Source of the DNA: an uncultured delta proteobacterium
GTDB lineage: Bacteria; Myxococcota; Myxococcia; Myxococcales; Myxococcaceae
DNA length: 19,638 bases
Assembly: GCA_963771175.1 (NCBI GenBank)
Contig: CAVYSY010000017.1
Location: 1 to 19,638, forward strand
Reading direction: 5' to 3'
Below, piece by piece: positions 17,179 to 19,638 of this stretch. A program made the translations under genes and the position numbers. The notes beneath the pieces are model-generated. The model worked only from the letters and a program-made list of their open reading frames with translations. It had not been told where the DNA came from and did not search any database. Each line of letters starts with the position of its first letter. The first letter of the stretch is position 1.

Positions 17179-18471
17179 ATGAACCCAGACACCCCTCCTC
17201 TCCCGAGAGAGCCCCGCACCCCGGTGAAGCGGGCGCTCACGTGGCTCGTCCGGCACCACGTCTTCGGCGGCCTCTTCATCGTCGTCTTCGCCACGGCCGT
17301 CATCGCCGGCCAGGTGGCGGACCGGACCGAGTTCGCCAGCTCCGAGCTCGCCCAGGACGTGGAGGAGCGCTGGGGCGCCCCCGTGGTGCAGCCGGCGCCC
17401 TCGCTGCGCTACGTGCAGAGCGGCACCATCTTCACCGAGCTCAAGCCCCTGCCCTTCGACAAGCAGCACGTGCAGGTGCAGTCCCGGATGAACTACCGCA
17501 AGCGCGGCCTGCGCTACTTCTCCGGCTTCGACTTCACCCTCTCGGCCGACTACGCCGTCGTCAACCGAGAGGGCCACGACATCGATGTGGCCTTCATCTT
17601 CCCCATCGAGGTGGACAAGTCCCAGGTGCTCCTCTCGGAGCTGCAGTTCCTCGTCAATGGCGCCGAGTCGGACCTGGACCTCGGCGAGTCCGGCAACCGC
17701 CTCGTCTGGACGGGCCGCATCCCCCAGGGGGCCACCAGCCACTTCTCCATCCGCTACCGAGCCCGGGGCCTCGACTCCTTCGTCTACAAGCTGGATCCCG
17801 CCCTGCCCGCCCGTGACGTGCGACTGCACCTCGCCGTCGAGGGTGGGGAGAACTTCGACTATCCCCCGCAGGTCCTCGTGGCCAACACGGTGGAGACCGG
17901 GCGCGACACGGTGTCGCTGGACTGGGCCTTCCAGTCGCTCGAGTCGGGGGTGAACCTCGGTGTCATCCTCCCCTCGGAGGAGGCGTATGACGAGGTCGTC
18001 GCCACCATGGCGCGCCGGGCCTGGGTGCCCTTCCTCGGGCTGCTGGCCCTGCTGGCCGCCTTCAGCATCCGCCACCGCAGGCCGCTCGCCGTCTACGAGA
18101 CGTACCTGCTGGCCGCCGCCTACGGCTTCTTCTTCGTGCTGCTCGCCTACCTCGCGGCCTTCATGAACTTCTACGTGGCCTATGGGCTGGCCACGCTCGG
18201 CATGGGCGCCGCGGTGGTGGCCTACGCGAAGCGGCTCTACCCCGAGGAGCGCACCTCCCGACTGGCGGCCACCTGGGGCGCCACCCTCGGAGTGCCCACC
18301 CTCGCCGTCATCCTCCAGGGCTACACCGGCCTCATCTACACGCTGGAGTGCCTCGCGGCGCTGCTCGGCCTGATGGTGCTCTCCACCCGCGCGAGCGTGC
18401 GGGCCCTGCTCTCGGATCTCCCACCGGACGGCGAGCCGCGCGTCGCCCCCGTCACCCAGGAAGCGAGGTAA
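17179..18471 (+). CDS. CreD-like inner membrane protein
   Basis: An N-terminal TM is followed by DRT..AQDVEERWGAPVVQPAP and a large soluble domain. About six C-terminal TMs include LAVYETYLLAAAYGFFFVLLAYLA..FYVAYGLA, matching the CreD topology and the 'HPxQYLL..L.LF.LLL.SL..F..AY' region in diverged form. Confidence 0.7.
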   Translation: MNPDTPPLPREPRTPVKRALTWLVRHHVFGGLFIVVFATAVIAGQVADRTEFASSELAQDVEERWGAPVVQPAPSLRYVQSGTIFTELKPLPFDKQHVQVQSRMNYRKRGLRYFSGFDFTLSADYAVVNREGHDIDVAFIFPIEVDKSQVLLSELQFLVNGAESDLDLGESGNRLVWTGRIPQGATSHFSIRYRARGLDSFVYKLDPALPARDVRLHLAVEGGENFDYPPQVLVANTVETGRDTVSLDWAFQSLESGVNLGVILPSEEAYDEVVATMARRAWVPFLGLLALLAAFSIRHRRPLAVYETYLLAAAYGFFFVLLAYLAAFMNFYVAYGLATLGMGAAVVAYAKRLYPEERTSRLAATWGATLGVPTLAVILQGYTGLIYTLECLAALLGLMVLSTRASVRALLSDLPPDGEPRVAPVTQEAR

Positions 18472-18474
18472 GCC

Positions 18475-19629
18475 ATGTGGAACACCGCTCTCGTCGTTGG
18501 ACTGCTGCTGAGCGCCGTGCCCTCGGGCTCGGCGACGATTCCCCTCCAGGAGTTGATTCCCCTGTACGCGAAGCACCAGGAGCCCGCGCCCCCCGCTCCG
18601 CCCACGGATGCCCTGGTGGTGAAGAGCCAGCTCAAGGGCCGCCTCACCGCCGAGGCCCTCCTGGTGGATGCGCACTTCGAGGTGGAGGTGCTCGCCAGCG
18701 AGCGCTGGACCCAGGTGCGGCTGCTGCAGCTCGACGCGGACACGTACCTGACCAGCGTCCCCACGTTGCAGGACGCCACGGTGGGCGCACTGGAGGGCCA
18801 GCTCACCCTGGTGACCCGCGAGCCCGGCCGCTACGCCATCGACGTCACCCTCGCCCTGCGGCCCTCGGGGAGCGGCACCGAGCGCCAGGTGCAGCTCCGG
18901 TTCGGCTCCCACGTCTCGCCGGTGCCACTCCGGTTGGAGGCCGATGCCACGGCCTTCACGCTGATGGATCCGCTCCCCACCGGGGGCGAGGACACCGAGG
19001 TGTATCCCCGGCAGGGCGTGCTGCGGGTGGGCTGGCGCAATGCCGCGGCGCCGAAGGTGGCCCGGCAGGTGGTGCGCCCGCCGCTGGAGCCGAGCATCCC
19101 CGAGGCCCAGGCCTCCTGGGTGTCCACGCTGGAGGGCAAGGCCACCGTGCGCGTGCGGTACTCGCTGCGGCTGGATCGTGAGCAGGAGCTCGAGCTGGAG
19201 CTGCCCGAGGGCCACCGGCTGGAGCGCGTCCTCCTCGATTCCATGCCCCTCGTCCCCAGCGAGAAGGAGGGCCGGCTGCGGCTGAAGGTGGCTCCGACGC
19301 GCTTCGGCGAGACGGAGGCCACGCTGGAGGTGGTGCTGGCGAGGGACCTGGGTGTCTTCCACCTGTCCGGGAGGTTGAAGCTGGCGCTGCCTCGGGTGTC
19401 CTGGCCGGTGGCCACGTTGCAGGCGCGGGCGCACTTCCCGGCCGTCTTCAACTACCGGCGCGAGGGCGGGAGCATGGAGGAGTACGAGGGCTCCGAGGCG
19501 GCGGGATTGGAGACGCAGACGCCCCTGCCGGGCAAGGTGCTCCAGTTCCGCCAGTACCTCGTGGCGGCCTCCGCGCCCACCCTGGAGCTGGGCTATTCCG
19601 TGGACATCTCCAAGAGCTACTTCCGGTAG
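18475..19629 (+). CDS. Secreted/periplasmic hypothetical protein, beta-rich, co-operonic with the creD-like gene
   Basis: It starts 3 nt after the upstream TAA, with GAGG overlapping the upstream gene end. It has a signal peptide (MWNTALVVGLLLSA) and GC3-biased codons. Confidence 0.8.
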   Translation: MWNTALVVGLLLSAVPSGSATIPLQELIPLYAKHQEPAPPAPPTDALVVKSQLKGRLTAEALLVDAHFEVEVLASERWTQVRLLQLDADTYLTSVPTLQDATVGALEGQLTLVTREPGRYAIDVTLALRPSGSGTERQVQLRFGSHVSPVPLRLEADATAFTLMDPLPTGGEDTEVYPRQGVLRVGWRNAAAPKVARQVVRPPLEPSIPEAQASWVSTLEGKATVRVRYSLRLDREQELELELPEGHRLERVLLDSMPLVPSEKEGRLRLKVAPTRFGETEATLEVVLARDLGVFHLSGRLKLALPRVSWPVATLQARAHFPAVFNYRREGGSMEEYEGSEAAGLETQTPLPGKVLQFRQYLVAASAPTLELGYSVDISKSYFR

Positions 19630-19638
19630 GGCCTGCCT

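Noticed and set aside
16174..19434. 1086-aa minus-strand ORF spanning three genes
   Set aside because: It is the antisense shadow of GC3-biased plus-strand genes, with Gly/Arg/His-rich composition and no domain motifs.

Overview
GC-rich bacterial DNA, almost certainly myxobacterial (Myxococcales/Archangiaceae-like). The evidence is a LiuC-like enoyl-CoA hydratase very close to the M. xanthus enzyme, an ELWxxDGT lipoprotein and strong GC3 bias. About 14 genes are present, in order: liuC (-); a duplicated Tim44-like/Zn-ribbon/TerB-like membrane protein (+); a SET-domain protein (-); a small hypothetical (+); a VOC/PhnB protein (-); a large CBM + Ntn-hydrolase (C45/PLB-like) + degenerate M1-like fusion (-); a MepA-LysM lipoprotein (+); a heparinase II/III-family lyase (+); a universal stress protein (+); an ELWxxDGT lipoprotein (+); nth (+); a type 1 glutamine amidotransferase (-); a Zn-finger membrane protein (+); and a CreD-like gene plus a secreted partner (+). 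Two genes each carry an apparent +1 frameshift, which may be assembly errors. The most notable non-coding signals are four: a multi-stem structured element between the SET gene and its divergent neighbour; a GCGCA-N5-TGCGC palindrome with a sigma54-like promoter before the USP gene; a cre-tag-like 11-bp-period direct repeat before the creD-like operon; and a C13 tract in a long intergenic region. No rRNA, tRNA, CRISPR array or mobile element was seen. All calls come from motif recognition by eye, and no searches were run.
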